Source: Candidatus Altiarchaeales archaeon
Lineage (GTDB): Archaea > Altiarchaeota > Altiarchaeia > IMC4 > SCGC-AAA252-I15
Direction of reading: 5' to 3'
NCBI GenBank assembly: GCA_014727915.1
Contig: WJMO01000006.1
Location: forward strand, 65,376-129,375
DNA: 64,000 bases
In this document: positions 38,841-48,779 of the stretch, piece after piece
How positions within the stretch are numbered: position 1 is the first letter of the stretch
Layout: each line of letters opens with the position of its first letter
The notes under the pieces: generated by a model
Database searches by the model: none
The model's input: the letters and a program-made list of their open reading frames with translations, nothing else
What the model was told of the DNA's origin: nothing
Program-made: the position numbers and the translations under genes

Positions 38841-39239
38841 ATGGCAAAGAAGGAATTCAAATACAGGGGCTACAAGATCGAGGAACTACAGAAGATGTCC
38901 CACGATGAGGTATTGGAACTGCTGCCCTCCAGGGCCAGAAGGAGCTTGAAGAGGGGACTCACAGAGCAGCAGCAGAAGCTGCTGAAGAAGGTGAGGAAAG
39001 CCAGGGAAACAGGTCAGAAAGGTGCTGTCCGAACCCACTGCCGTGACATGGTCATATTGCCGGAGATGGTGGGTGTAAAGTTCGCAGTATACACTGGTAA
39101 GGAGTTCAGCGAGTTCGAGGCCAAGACGGAGATGATAGGCCACTACCTTTCAGAGTTCACGCTGTCCAGGAGGCCTGTGAAGCACAGCGCTCCGGGAGTG
39201 GGAGCGACCAGAAGCTCGTTGTTCGTGCCGATAAAGTAA
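38841..39239 (+). CDS. rps19: 30S ribosomal protein S19
   Basis: Sequence and operon position. Confidence 0.9.
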   Translation: MAKKEFKYRGYKIEELQKMSHDEVLELLPSRARRSLKRGLTEQQQKLLKKVRKARETGQKGAVRTHCRDMVILPEMVGVKFAVYTGKEFSEFEAKTEMIGHYLSEFTLSRRPVKHSAPGVGATRSSLFVPIK

Positions 39240-39241
39240 AG

Positions 39242-39685
39242 ATGGATCTGAAGTATTCAGTGAAGCCCGAGGAAGGCGCCGTGAAGGCGATGGGACGGGA
39301 CATGAACGTCTCGTTCAAGGACCTGGTCGTGGTAGCAGACGCCATACGCGGCAAGAAGGTCAGCAAGGCCATAGAGTACATGGAGTCCGTAGTCGAGTTG
39401 AAGAATCCCGTCCCATATAGGAAGCACAACAAGGGAGTCGGGCACAGGAAGGGCAAGGAGGTAAAGGTCGGAAAATACCCGCAGAAGGCTGCGAGACACG
39501 TTCTAGCGGTTTTGAGGAACCTGGCTGCGAACGCGGAATACAAGGGCTACGACACTGAGAAGCTCAAGCTCACCCACGTTCAGGCCCAGAAGGGCTTGGC
39601 CCGGTTGAGGCGCAAGCCTAAGGGAAGGTGGGCGCTGTGGGAGACACAGTACAGTCACATTCAGATGATAGCTAAAGAGGCTTAA
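39242..39685 (+). CDS. rpl22: 50S ribosomal protein L22
   Basis: Sequence and operon position. Confidence 0.9.
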   Translation: MDLKYSVKPEEGAVKAMGRDMNVSFKDLVVVADAIRGKKVSKAIEYMESVVELKNPVPYRKHNKGVGHRKGKEVKVGKYPQKAARHVLAVLRNLAANAEYKGYDTEKLKLTHVQAQKGLARLRRKPKGRWALWETQYSHIQMIAKEA

Positions 39686-39686
39686 A

Positions 39687-40472
39687 ATGGCGATTGAGAG
39701 GCATTTCATACAGGAGGGTGTTATAAGGTCGGAGATAGAGAGTTTCCTCCGGAACGAGCTTAACCGCGCAGGATACAGTGGAATCACAATACAGAAGACA
39801 CCGTTGACCACCAGGGTCGTCTTATACGTTGAGAAGCCTCCGATCGTGATAGGCAAGAAAGGCAGCCGTATCAACAGCTTGACCAACATGCTGAAGGAGA
39901 AGTTCGGAGTGGACAACCCGAGCATAGACGTGCAGAAGATCGAGAAGCCAACGTTGGACCCCAACATCATAGCCCGGAGGATAGCCGTCGCCTTGGAGAG
40001 GGGCATGAACAGGCGGAGGATAGCCTACAAGGCAGTCAGAGCCGTGATGAGCTCGAAGGCCCGGGGCGTTGAGATCATACTCTCAGGCAAGATCGTCGGC
40101 AAGGGCGGTCGTTCGAGGAATGAGAAGTACAGCGAAGGCTACATGAAGAAGGCGGGGGACAGCCTTAAGCTCGTCAGGATAGGGTCCACTCAAGCCTACC
40201 TGAAGGCGGGGGTCATAGGCGTCACGGTCAAGATAGTGCCCCCGGACACGAAGTTCCCAGACCACATCAACGTGCTGAAAGGCGTGAAGGAAGAGGAGAT
40301 CGAAGGCGAGGATACCAAGAAAAAAGCGAAGAAGAAGACCAAGAAAAAAGCCAAGAAGGCCAAGAAGACCGCTGAGAAGAAGGATGACCCGGGGGAAGAC
40401 AAGGAAGAGACTGGGGCTTCAAAGGCGGATGATGGTTCTGAGAAAGCCGAAAAGGAGGAATCTAACGCTTAA
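39687..40472 (+). CDS. rps3: 30S ribosomal protein S3 (KH domain, Lys-rich C-terminal tail)
   Basis: Sequence and operon position. Confidence 0.9.
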   Translation: MAIERHFIQEGVIRSEIESFLRNELNRAGYSGITIQKTPLTTRVVLYVEKPPIVIGKKGSRINSLTNMLKEKFGVDNPSIDVQKIEKPTLDPNIIARRIAVALERGMNRRRIAYKAVRAVMSSKARGVEIILSGKIVGKGGRSRNEKYSEGYMKKAGDSLKLVRIGSTQAYLKAGVIGVTVKIVPPDTKFPDHINVLKGVKEEEIEGEDTKKKAKKKTKKKAKKAKKTAEKKDDPGEDKEETGASKADDGSEKAEKEESNA

Positions 40473-40507
40473 ATACCATAATATCATTATAATATAAACT
40501 TCGAAAC

Positions 40508-40762
40508 ATGGCGATACTACGTTCAGATGAAATACAGGGGATGGATGACTCTGAGATGGATGAACGGCTAACTCAGTTGAGGAAGGAGTTAATGAAGATA
40601 AACGGTGTGTTGGCTTCTGGCGGAATACCCGAGGACGTTGGAAAGGCCCGGGAGATAAAGCGCACGATCGCGCGCATAAAGACGATAAAGACGCAGAAGA
40701 CCAGGGGCATGGGATCTAAAGCCCAGATCAAGGGCAAAGGAGAGGTTTCAAAGAAGAGATGA
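40508..40762 (+). CDS. rpl29: 50S ribosomal protein L29
   Basis: Sequence and operon position. Confidence 0.85.
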   Translation: MAILRSDEIQGMDDSEMDERLTQLRKELMKINGVLASGGIPEDVGKAREIKRTIARIKTIKTQKTRGMGSKAQIKGKGEVSKKR

Positions 40763-41055
40763 ACTGTCCCAGGTGTGGTCTACCCCAGGAACTGTGCGTT
40801 TGCGATGAGATGACCCGCGTGGGTCAGAAGATAAAGGTGCGTACCGACAGGAGACGTTACGGGAAGTACGTGACTGTCGTATCAGGGTTCGAGAACGTCG
40901 ACGTGGGCAAAATCGCGAAAGACCTTAAGGGAAGGCTCGCGTGCGGTGGAACAGCTAAAAAGGACACTGTGGAACTTCAGGGCAACCATGTCAGCCGGGT
41001 GAAGGATGTCCTGGTGGACATGGGCTTCTCCGAGGACATGATAGACGTCGCATAA
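40759..41055 (+). CDS. sui1: translation initiation factor SUI1 (aIF1)
   Basis: N-terminal Zn-knuckle CPRCGLPQELCVC + SUI1 domain; canonical L29-SUI1-Rpp29-S17 archaeal order. Confidence 0.85.
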   Translation: MNCPRCGLPQELCVCDEMTRVGQKIKVRTDRRRYGKYVTVVSGFENVDVGKIAKDLKGRLACGGTAKKDTVELQGNHVSRVKDVLVDMGFSEDMIDVA

Positions 41056-41092
41056 GAGGAGATATTGGGGGTATTGTTCTCCAAAAAAAAAG

Positions 41093-41362
41093 ATGATCAC
41101 ACCATACAACATACTCCGGCACGAGCTGGTCGGGCTGGAGGTAAACGCCGACATATCCGGCGCCAGGGTCTCCGGCGTCGTAGACGGCGAAACATCAAAG
41201 ACGATCAAGGTCAAAACCCCAAGGGGGTTGAAGACGGTGGTCAAGGACTCCGCCAACCTGGAGTTCAGGCTGCCAGACAACACGGTCGTGAGGGTCGAAG
41301 GCAACCTGCTTGCCGGGAGACCCGAAGACCGGATAAAGAAAAAACATAGGATAAGGTTTTGA
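41093..41362 (+). CDS. rnp1: RNase P protein component 1 (Rpp29/Pop4 homolog)
   Basis: 89 aa, Sm-like fold pattern, conserved position between SUI1 and S17. Confidence 0.8.
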   Translation: MITPYNILRHELVGLEVNADISGARVSGVVDGETSKTIKVKTPRGLKTVVKDSANLEFRLPDNTVVRVEGNLLAGRPEDRIKKKHRIRF

Positions 41363-41745
41363 ACATGGAATGCAGCGACAGGAACTGCCCAGTGCACGGA
41401 AACCTCGCGACGAGGGGTATGATACTAGAGGGAGAGGTGGTTTCGGACAAGATGCAAGACACAGTCGTTGTGAAAAGGGAGCGCCTTGTCAAGGTCAAGA
41501 AGTACGACAGGTACATGAAGAGTACCTCAAGGATTCCGGCACACAACCCACCATGTATAAACGCCAAACAGGGCGACAAGGTCACCATAATGGAGTGCCG
41601 GAAGCTCTCTAAGACCGTCAGCTTCGTCGTAGTCGGGAAGGCAGGGTCAGAGCCGGCCGCTGAATCGCCGGAGAAGAAGACGAAGAAGAAAACCAAGAGA
41701 AAGAAGGCCAAGAAGGCTTCCAAGAAGGGGGTGAATGATGGCTAA
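41359..41745 (+). CDS. rps17: 30S ribosomal protein S17 (with Lys-rich tail)
   Basis: Sequence and operon position. Confidence 0.9.
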   Translation: MNMECSDRNCPVHGNLATRGMILEGEVVSDKMQDTVVVKRERLVKVKKYDRYMKSTSRIPAHNPPCINAKQGDKVTIMECRKLSKTVSFVVVGKAGSEPAAESPEKKTKKKTKRKKAKKASKKGVNDG

Positions 41746-42178
41746 GCCCCTGGGGGGGATGCCGAAGAACCTCCCGCTTGGAAAGGCAGTTTCAGCCTCT
41801 GTCACAAGGGCATTGCCTGCGGGAGCCAGGCTACACTGCGCAGACAACACGGGAGCCAAGGAGATAGAGATAATCACAGTCCGCGGATACAAGGGCGTCA
41901 GGAGCAGGATGCCGAAGGGCGGGGTCGGCGACATGGTCGTCGCAACAGTCAAGAAGGGACGGCCGGACATCAGGAAGCAGGTCGTCCACGCGGTGATCGT
42001 AAGGCAGAAACAACCATATAAAAGGGTCAACGGCAGCAGGATATGCTTCGAGGACAACGCTGCCATAATCGTCAGCGAGGAGGGAATGCCCAAGGGCACC
42101 GAGATCAAGGGTCCGGTAGCTCGTGAAGCGGCCGAACGCTGGGGTAAGATAGGCTCGATAGCCAGCATAGTCGTATGA
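41735..42178 (+). CDS. rpl14: 50S ribosomal protein L14
   Basis: Sequence and operon position. Confidence 0.9.
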   Translation: MMAKPLGGMPKNLPLGKAVSASVTRALPAGARLHCADNTGAKEIEIITVRGYKGVRSRMPKGGVGDMVVATVKKGRPDIRKQVVHAVIVRQKQPYKRVNGSRICFEDNAAIIVSEEGMPKGTEIKGPVAREAAERWGKIGSIASIVV

Positions 42179-42555
42179 AGATGAAAAGACCGAGTTCAAA
42201 GCAGGCGAGGAAGCAGAGGAAGTGGGTCGGTGAGGCTCCGCTGCACATGAGGCATAGGCTAGTTTCCGCTGCGCTGAGCAAGGACCTTAAGGACAAGTAC
42301 AAAAAGAACAGCATGCCCCTGAGGAAGGGGGACACCGTCAAGGTGATGCGCGGGTCCGTGAAAGGCCACGTGGGCGAGGTCATGAAGGTCGACTTGAAGA
42401 CTTACAAGGTATATGTCCAGGGAGTTACGGCCAAGAAATCCGACGGCACAGACGTTGAACGCGCTCTTGAACCGTCTAATCTCATGATAACAGAGTTGCA
42501 TGAAGAGGACAAGGAGAGGAGGGATGCACTCTCAAGGAACATGGAGGCTGAATAA
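42175..42555 (+). CDS. rpl24: 50S ribosomal protein L24 (KOW)
   Basis: Sequence and operon position. Confidence 0.9.
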   Translation: MKMKRPSSKQARKQRKWVGEAPLHMRHRLVSAALSKDLKDKYKKNSMPLRKGDTVKVMRGSVKGHVGEVMKVDLKTYKVYVQGVTAKKSDGTDVERALEPSNLMITELHEEDKERRDALSRNMEAE

Positions 42556-43211
42556 TGCACACCAAGAGGATAGCTGCGGGAGCTGACAAGGAGAGGAAAT
42601 GGACCACGACGCCGAGGGGCCCGCACAAGAGGAGGGATTCCATACCCTTGGTCAAGATGCTAGTGGACCTGGGATTGGCAGACAAGAGGAAGGAAGCCAG
42701 GAAGATAATCATCGATGGCAAGGTATTGGTCGACGGGAAGAAGAGGAAGGAGCCAAGCTTCGGCGTGGGATTGATGGACGTAGTATCCATACCCGAGTTG
42801 AAGAAGCACTACAGGATAATCGCCGTCAAAAAAGGCCTCAGCTACAAGGAGATACCCGAGAAGGAGGCTAATGTCAAGCTCTGCCGCGTCACTGGCAAGA
42901 AGCTCGTGTCAGACGGTAAGACGCAGGTCAACCTCCACGACGGAGGAAGCCTAATAACCGACAAGGACGTGAAGGTCAAAGACACATTGGTAGTGGAGCT
43001 GCCGGACAGGAAGATGAAGGAGGTCATAGCCTACGCTGTAGGCGACCAGGTAATAGTCGTGCACGGCAGGCACAGGGGCGAGACCGGGTCGATAAAGGAC
43101 GTGCTGGACGCCACAGGCTCCAGGAAGTCGCTCACGGCAGTTAACGACTTCCAAACGCTCACAGACTACGTTTTCGTGGTCGGAAAGGACAAGGCAATGG
43201 TCGAGATATGA
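42555..43211 (+). CDS. rps4e: 30S ribosomal protein S4e
   Basis: Sequence and operon position. Confidence 0.9.
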   Translation: MHTKRIAAGADKERKWTTTPRGPHKRRDSIPLVKMLVDLGLADKRKEARKIIIDGKVLVDGKKRKEPSFGVGLMDVVSIPELKKHYRIIAVKKGLSYKEIPEKEANVKLCRVTGKKLVSDGKTQVNLHDGGSLITDKDVKVKDTLVVELPDRKMKEVIAYAVGDQVIVVHGRHRGETGSIKDVLDATGSRKSLTAVNDFQTLTDYVFVVGKDKAMVEI

Positions 43212-43729
43212 TGGCTAACGTTATGGAGCAACCCCGGATAGAGAAGGTCGTCATCAACATAGGCGTCGGAGAGTCGGGGGAGCGGCTTGGAAAGGCCGAG
43301 AAGCTCCTGGAGAAGCTGACAAGCCGGAAGCCCACAAGGACCATCTCAAAGCATAAGAACCCCACATGGAACGTTAGGAAGGGGGAGCCCATCGGGTGCA
43401 AGGTGACCTTGAGGGGTGGTGACGCGGTCGAAGCCATCAAGAGGACCCTCTACGCCAAGGACAACATGTTGAGGCCTGGCAACTTCGACGTGAGCGGGAA
43501 CGTGTCATACGGCATCCAAGAGTACATCGACATACAGGGGCTGAAATACGACCCTGAGATAGGGATATTCGGCATGAACGTGAACATCAACCTCGAGCGG
43601 CCCGGGTACAGGATAGGCCGGAGGAAGCAAAGGCAGGTGAAGGTGCCCGACCACGCGAGGGTGACACGTGATGAAGCCATCAAATACATGGAAAAGGAAT
43701 TCGGTGTGAAAATTGAAGAAGAAGAGTGA
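43208..43729 (+). CDS. rpl5: 50S ribosomal protein L5
   Basis: Sequence and operon position. Confidence 0.9.
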   Translation: MMANVMEQPRIEKVVINIGVGESGERLGKAEKLLEKLTSRKPTRTISKHKNPTWNVRKGEPIGCKVTLRGGDAVEAIKRTLYAKDNMLRPGNFDVSGNVSYGIQEYIDIQGLKYDPEIGIFGMNVNINLERPGYRIGRRKQRQVKVPDHARVTRDEAIKYMEKEFGVKIEEEE

Positions 43730-43880
43730 TTCGGGCAAGAACCCGCGGGGGGACACCAAGAACCTGAGATGCAGCGTATGCGGTTCCAAGAAGGGCCTGA
43801 TACACAAGTACGGCCTCAACATATGCAGGCGATGCTTCCGGGAGGTCGCACCAAGCATTGGTTTCAAGAAGTTGAGTTAA
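43713..43880 (+). CDS. rps14: 30S ribosomal protein S14 (zinc-binding type, 55 aa); not in ORF track (below size cutoff)
   Basis: Own translation from TTG 43713: [54 protein letters not shown]; CxxC...CxxC; overlaps rpl5 end. Confidence 0.7.
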   Translation: MKKKSDSGKNPRGDTKNLRCSVCGSKKGLIHKYGLNICRRCFREVAPSIGFKKLS

Positions 43881-43881
43881 A

Positions 43882-44487
43882 ATGGCGGAGATGAAGTTAT
43901 TCGGCAGATGGGAATACGACATAACCCTAAAGGACAAGGGGATGGCAAGGTACATAAACCTGACCCCAGTCCACATACCCCACACGGCAGGCAGGATGGT
44001 GGGCAAGCAGTTCAGCAAGAGCAAGATGAACATCGTGGAGCGCCTCGTCAACAAGATGATGCGCTCCGGCCAGGGAACCCGGAAGGTCGCCGGAAAGTAC
44101 ATACGGGGAAGCGGCAACACCGGAAAGAAGATGAACGCGTTAAACATAGTAGAGAAGGCGTTCGAGATAGTCGAGAAGAGGACCAAGAAGAACCCCCTCC
44201 AGGTTTTGGTCGATGCCATACAGGCTTCGGGACCCCGTGAGGAGACCACCACGATCATATACGGTGGAATAAGATATCATCAGGCAGTGGACGTCTCCAC
44301 CCAGAGGAGGGTGGACTTCGCGTTGAAGTACCTGTCCCTTGGAGCGTTCGCCACCGCATTCAGCAAGGACAAGCCCATAGAGGAGTGCCTCGCCGACGAG
44401 ATCATATGGGCATCGAAGTCTGACACTAAATCCTATGCGATACAGAGGAAGGAGGAGACAGAGAGGATCGCGCACTCAGCTAGGTGA
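43882..44487 (+). CDS. rps7: 30S ribosomal protein S7
   Basis: Conserved S7 features ([36 protein letters not shown]). Confidence 0.9.
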   Translation: MAEMKLFGRWEYDITLKDKGMARYINLTPVHIPHTAGRMVGKQFSKSKMNIVERLVNKMMRSGQGTRKVAGKYIRGSGNTGKKMNALNIVEKAFEIVEKRTKKNPLQVLVDAIQASGPREETTTIIYGGIRYHQAVDVSTQRRVDFALKYLSLGAFATAFSKDKPIEECLADEIIWASKSDTKSYAIQRKEETERIAHSAR

Positions 44488-44495
44488 GATTAAAA

Positions 44496-46685
44496 ATGGG
44501 CCGTCAAGAACAAGTCAAGGACAAAGTTATGAAGATCGTCAACACGCCCGAGTTGATACGTAACATGGGCGTGGTTGCGCACATAGACCACGGGAAGACA
44601 ACCCTGAGCGACAGCCTGCTGGCTGCCGCGGGGCTTATCAGCATGGACACTGCGGGCAAGCAGTTGGCCCTCGACTTCCACGAGGACGAGCAGGCCCGGG
44701 GAATCACCATCAACGCCGCCAACGTGTCCATGACACACGATTACGACGGCAAAGAGTACCTCATAAACATGATCGACACGCCCGGGCACGTGGACTTCGG
44801 CGGGGACGTCACACGGGCCATGAGAGCGGTGGACGGAGTCATCGTCGTGGCCTGCGCGGTCGAGGGGGTCATGCCCCAGACCAAGACGGTCATCAACCAG
44901 GCGTTGAAGGAGCGGTGCCGGCCGGTGGTGTTCATCAACAAGGTGGACAGGCTCATAAACGAGCTGAAGCTGACCCCCGAGGAGCTTCAGAAGAGGTTCA
45001 TGAAGATCATCGCCGACGTCAACAAGATCATCGCCATGAAGCAGCCCAAGGACATCGACTGGAAGGTCGACGTCAACGCGGGGAGCGTGGCGTTCGGCAG
45101 CGCCTTCCACAAGTGGGCCATCAACGTCCCCTACATGAAGAAGAGCGGGATAACATTCAAGGACATCCTGGAGCACTGCGAAGGCGAAAGGCAGAAGGAG
45201 CTGTCAGAGAAGGCTCCAGCCCACCAGATACTGTTGGACATGGCGGTCAAACACCTGCCCAACCCGAAGGAGGCTCAGAAGCTTAGGATACCCGCCATCT
45301 GGAAGGGGGATTTGGAGCGGGACATCGCCAAGTCCATGGTCAACTGCGACCCCAAGGGGAAGATAGCCATAATGATAACGAACATCCAGACCTTCGACAA
45401 GCGCGAGGGCGAGGTCGCGACCGGCCGGATATTCTCAGGAACCGTGAGGGAAGGCGACGAGGTCAACCTCGTTAACTCGAAGGCTAAGAACAGGGTCACA
45501 CACGTCGGCCTTTACATGGGCGCCCAGAGGAAGAACGTCGAGGCAGTCCCAGCCGGGAACATAGTAGCATTGACCGGGTTGAAGAACGCCTACACGGGGG
45601 AGACCGTAGGGGAACCGGACATGGCTCCCTTCGAGGCCATACAACACCACAGCGAGCCTGTTGTGACGGTGGCGGTGGAGGCCAAGCACATGAAGGACCT
45701 CCCGCGTGTTATTGAAGTCCTGAGGCAGACAGCCAAGGAAGACCCGACATTACAGGCTAAGATAGACGAGGAGACCGGCGAACACCTCCTCTCCGGCATG
45801 GGCGAGCTGCACCTGGAGGTCGTGACCAACAGGATAAAAGAGTCCGGGCTGGACCTGGTAGTGTCCCAGCCCATCGTAGTCTACAGGGAGAGCGTCGAGG
45901 GCGAGTTCGGGCCGGTCGAGGGCAAGTCCCCGAACAAGCACAACAAATTCCAGATAAAGGTCGAACCATTGGAGCCGGAGGTCGCCCAGGCCATAAGGGA
46001 CGGCGAGATTTCAGAGGGCCGGAGGAAGGACAAGAGCAAGGACATCTGGCAGGACCTCCACGAGCTGGGGATGGAGAAGGAAGAGGCCAGGAGGATCATC
46101 GACATATACCATGGTAACATGTTCATCGACATGACAAGGGGAGTCCAGCACCTGGACGAGATAATGGAATTGATGCTGGACGGTTTCGAACAGGTCATGG
46201 ACAGCGGACCCCTCGCCAAGGAGCCCATGATGAGGGTTAAGGTCATATTGGACGATGCGAGCCTCCACGAGGACGCCATCCACCGGGGCCCCGCGCAGAT
46301 ATACCCTGCGGTGAAGAACCCCATGTACGCGTGCATACTCAACAGCAAACCATCGATCCTGGAGCCGGTCCAGAACGTCTGGGTCGACGTCCCGCAGGAT
46401 TACATGGGCAGCGTAACCCGTGAACTGCAGAGGAGGAGGGGCATCGTCGGCAACATGAGCCAGAAGGACGAGCTCATGACCATAGAGGCCACGCTACCCG
46501 TTGCGGAGTCGTTCGGGTTCGCAGGAGACATAAGGAGCGCGAGCGAAGGACACGCCCTCTGGAGCACTGAAAACGCAGGCTTCAACAAGCTCCCCACCGA
46601 GCTTCAGAACAAGATAGTCGCCCAGGTGAGGGACAGGAAGGGGCTTAAGAAGGAACTCCCGAAAGCGGGGGATTTCATGTCCTAG
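44496..46685 (+). CDS. fusA: translation elongation factor aEF-2
   Basis: [11 protein letters not shown]1 motif, full-length EF-2 domain pattern, includes diphthamide-region GPxxxxxRG-like loop. Confidence 0.95.
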   Translation: MGRQEQVKDKVMKIVNTPELIRNMGVVAHIDHGKTTLSDSLLAAAGLISMDTAGKQLALDFHEDEQARGITINAANVSMTHDYDGKEYLINMIDTPGHVDFGGDVTRAMRAVDGVIVVACAVEGVMPQTKTVINQALKERCRPVVFINKVDRLINELKLTPEELQKRFMKIIADVNKIIAMKQPKDIDWKVDVNAGSVAFGSAFHKWAINVPYMKKSGITFKDILEHCEGERQKELSEKAPAHQILLDMAVKHLPNPKEAQKLRIPAIWKGDLERDIAKSMVNCDPKGKIAIMITNIQTFDKREGEVATGRIFSGTVREGDEVNLVNSKAKNRVTHVGLYMGAQRKNVEAVPAGNIVALTGLKNAYTGETVGEPDMAPFEAIQHHSEPVVTVAVEAKHMKDLPRVIEVLRQTAKEDPTLQAKIDEETGEHLLSGMGELHLEVVTNRIKESGLDLVVSQPIVVYRESVEGEFGPVEGKSPNKHNKFQIKVEPLEPEVAQAIRDGEISEGRRKDKSKDIWQDLHELGMEKEEARRIIDIYHGNMFIDMTRGVQHLDEIMELMLDGFEQVMDSGPLAKEPMMRVKVILDDASLHEDAIHRGPAQIYPAVKNPMYACILNSKPSILEPVQNVWVDVPQDYMGSVTRELQRRRGIVGNMSQKDELMTIEATLPVAESFGFAGDIRSASEGHALWSTENAGFNKLPTELQNKIVAQVRDRKGLKKELPKAGDFMS

Positions 46686-46748
46686 AACCACATTTATTAA
46701 AGAGAGACACCATTAAGTAAAGCTAAAATTTTGGAGGATAGGGAAAAA

Positions 46749-48020
46749 ATGGCTGATAAACCACACATGAACCTTGTGTTCATCGGACACGTGGACCACG
46801 GAAAATCCACGCTCGTGGGTAGGCTACTCTACGAGCTGGGTGAGGTAAGTGAGCAGCAGATGAAGAACCTCAAGGCAGAGGCTGAGAAGGCTGGTAAGGG
46901 CACCTTCGAGTTCGCTTGGGTTATGGACTCCTTGAAGGAGGAGAGGGAGCGCGGCGTCACAATCGACATCGCCCACAAGAAATTCCAGACCCAGAAGAAC
47001 TTCTTCACCATAATCGACGCCCCAGGCCACCGGGACTTCGTGAAGAACATGATCACCGGAGCCAGCCAGGCAGACGCGGCAATACTCGTCGTGGACGTGA
47101 AGGACGGGATCCAACCCCAGACGAAGGAGCACGCATTCCTGGCTAAGACGCTGGGCATAAACCAGCTGATAGTGGCCATCAACAAGATGGACGCCGTCAA
47201 ATACGAGGAAGCAGCCTACAACAAGACACTTGACGAGCTGAAGAAGCTACTGTCAAGCATCGGCTACAAGGTCGACCAGGTTCCGTTCATACCGACGTCC
47301 GCCTACATGGGGACGAACATAAAGGAGAAGAGCTCGGACACACCATACTACAAGGGCAACACGCTACTGGCTGAGTTGGACAACTTCACAGCCCCTGAGA
47401 AGCCGGTCGACAAGCCGTTGAGGCTGCCGGTGCAGGACGTCTACACCATAACCGGCGTGGGCACGGTCCCAGTGGGCCGTGTTGAATGCGGTATGATGAA
47501 GCCTGGAGACAAGATCATCTTCATGCCCGCGAACGTGACGGGCGAGGTGAAGACGGTTGAAATGCACCACGAGCAGCTGCCGAAGGCGGAGCCCGGCGAC
47601 AACGTCGGATTCAACGTCCGCGGAGTCGGCAAGAACGACGTGAAACGCGGTGACGTGGTCGGGTTGACAAGCAACCCCCCGACGGTCGCCGACGAGTTCA
47701 CGGCACAGATCGTGGTGTTACAGCACCCGAGCGCCATAACAGTCGGATACACGCCGGTGTTCCACATACACACCGCGCAGGTCGCGTGCACATTCACCGA
47801 GTTGGTGAAGAAAATCGACCCGAAGACCGGCGCAGTAAAGGAGGAGAACCCGGAATTCCTGAAGGCAGGTGACGTGGCAGTCGTGAAGGTCAAGCCCACA
47901 CGGCCGCTGGTCATCGAGCCCGCGAAGGAGTTCCCGCAGCTGGGCAGGTTCGCGATACGCGACATGGGCCAGACTGTGGCGGCAGGCATGGCGGTTGAGG
48001 TGAAGGCCAAGCAGATGTGA
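46749..48020 (+). CDS. tuf: translation elongation factor aEF-1alpha
   Basis: [21 protein letters not shown]; GGAGGA Shine-Dalgarno-like 10 bp upstream of ATG 46749. Confidence 0.95.
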   Translation: MADKPHMNLVFIGHVDHGKSTLVGRLLYELGEVSEQQMKNLKAEAEKAGKGTFEFAWVMDSLKEERERGVTIDIAHKKFQTQKNFFTIIDAPGHRDFVKNMITGASQADAAILVVDVKDGIQPQTKEHAFLAKTLGINQLIVAINKMDAVKYEEAAYNKTLDELKKLLSSIGYKVDQVPFIPTSAYMGTNIKEKSSDTPYYKGNTLLAELDNFTAPEKPVDKPLRLPVQDVYTITGVGTVPVGRVECGMMKPGDKIIFMPANVTGEVKTVEMHHEQLPKAEPGDNVGFNVRGVGKNDVKRGDVVGLTSNPPTVADEFTAQIVVLQHPSAITVGYTPVFHIHTAQVACTFTELVKKIDPKTGAVKEENPEFLKAGDVAVVKVKPTRPLVIEPAKEFPQLGRFAIRDMGQTVAAGMAVEVKAKQM

Positions 48021-48057
48021 AGTCCTTCACTTCACACCCAACTTATTTCGATGCAAG

Positions 48058-48366
48058 ATGGAGAAGGCAAGGATCATCCTCATAGGGAAGGAGGTGGACC
48101 AGTTGGAGGACGTCTGCACCCAGATAGTGGACGTCACCAAGAAGACAGGCACCAAATACAGCGGGCCTGTCCCGTTGCCGACGAAGAAGATGAGGGTGAC
48201 CTGCCGGAAGAGCCCCGACGGAGAGGGCACCGGCACCTGGGAACGGTGGAGCATGCACATCCACAAGCGCATAATCGACGTATCAGCCAACGAACGAAGC
48301 CTAAGGCAGATAATGCGCATACAAGTCCCGGACGGCGTCCACATCGAAATAGAACTAACCAAATAA
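48058..48366 (+). CDS. rps10: 30S ribosomal protein S10
   Basis: Sequence and conserved position after EF-1alpha. Confidence 0.9.
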   Translation: MEKARIILIGKEVDQLEDVCTQIVDVTKKTGTKYSGPVPLPTKKMRVTCRKSPDGEGTGTWERWSMHIHKRIIDVSANERSLRQIMRIQVPDGVHIEIELTK

Positions 48367-48420
48367 AAAAAATGGGGGGATCCCTATCCTCCAATCCCCC
48401 TAAAAAAACCCCATTTTCTC

Positions 48421-48430
48421 ATATATTTAT
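48421..48430 (+). promoter_or_regulatory. TATA-like box (ATATATTTAT) ~28 bp upstream of the first GCTCCC(A)TAGTGTAGG 5'-exon copy
   Basis: Read directly; no comparable TATA element upstream of the second (functional-looking) copy at 48588. Confidence 0.35.
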
Positions 48431-48457
48431 TCCAATAACACGTAAGAAAACCACTAC

Positions 48458-48473
48458 GCTCCCATAGTGTAGG
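48458..48473 (+). repeat. duplicate of tRNA-Glu 5' end (GCTCCCATAGTGTAGG, 15/16 identical to 48588..48603) followed by a GC-rich hairpin (48504..48523)
   Basis: Direct comparison of the two 16-mers; downstream sequence does not fold into a tRNA by hand. Confidence 0.5.
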
Positions 48474-48587
48474 AACGGCTCGCTCCGTTCACACGCGCCG
48501 CGGGTGCCACCTAACGGTGGCACGCACATGAACCTTCCCCAAAGGAAGGGGATAAGAAGAACCAAAAAACACAGAAGATTACAAACC

Positions 48588-48760
48588 GCTCCCGTAGTGT
48601 AGGCCGGCCTATCATTCCGGACTTTCGAGAGCCCCTTTCTTTTACAAAAAGAAAGGTGCTTCACCCCCAAAGAAAACGAAAACCCAGGAAGGGGGTGAGT
48701 GTCCCAGTTAAGGACATCCGAAGAAATCCGGCGACTCGGGTTCGAATCCCGACGGGAGCA
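48588..48760 (+). tRNA. tRNA-Glu (anticodon UUC) with ~98-nt intron at canonical 37/38 position (intron ~48628..48725); CCA not encoded
   Basis: Hand-folded: acceptor GCTCCCG/CGGGAGC, 3-bp D-stem typical of tRNA-Glu (GTGTAGGCCGGCCTATCAT), anticodon stem CCGGA/TCCGG, loop CTTTCGA, T-arm TCGGG-TTCGAAT-CCCGA, discriminator A. Confidence 0.7.
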
Positions 48761-48779
48761 TCGAAACGGATGTTCGGTT

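Noticed and set aside
48367-48420. GGGGGAT...ATCCCCC inverted repeat after rps10
   Set aside because: It is probably just the operon terminator or spacer. I noted it but did not call it as a separate feature because no clean T-tract follows on the plus strand.
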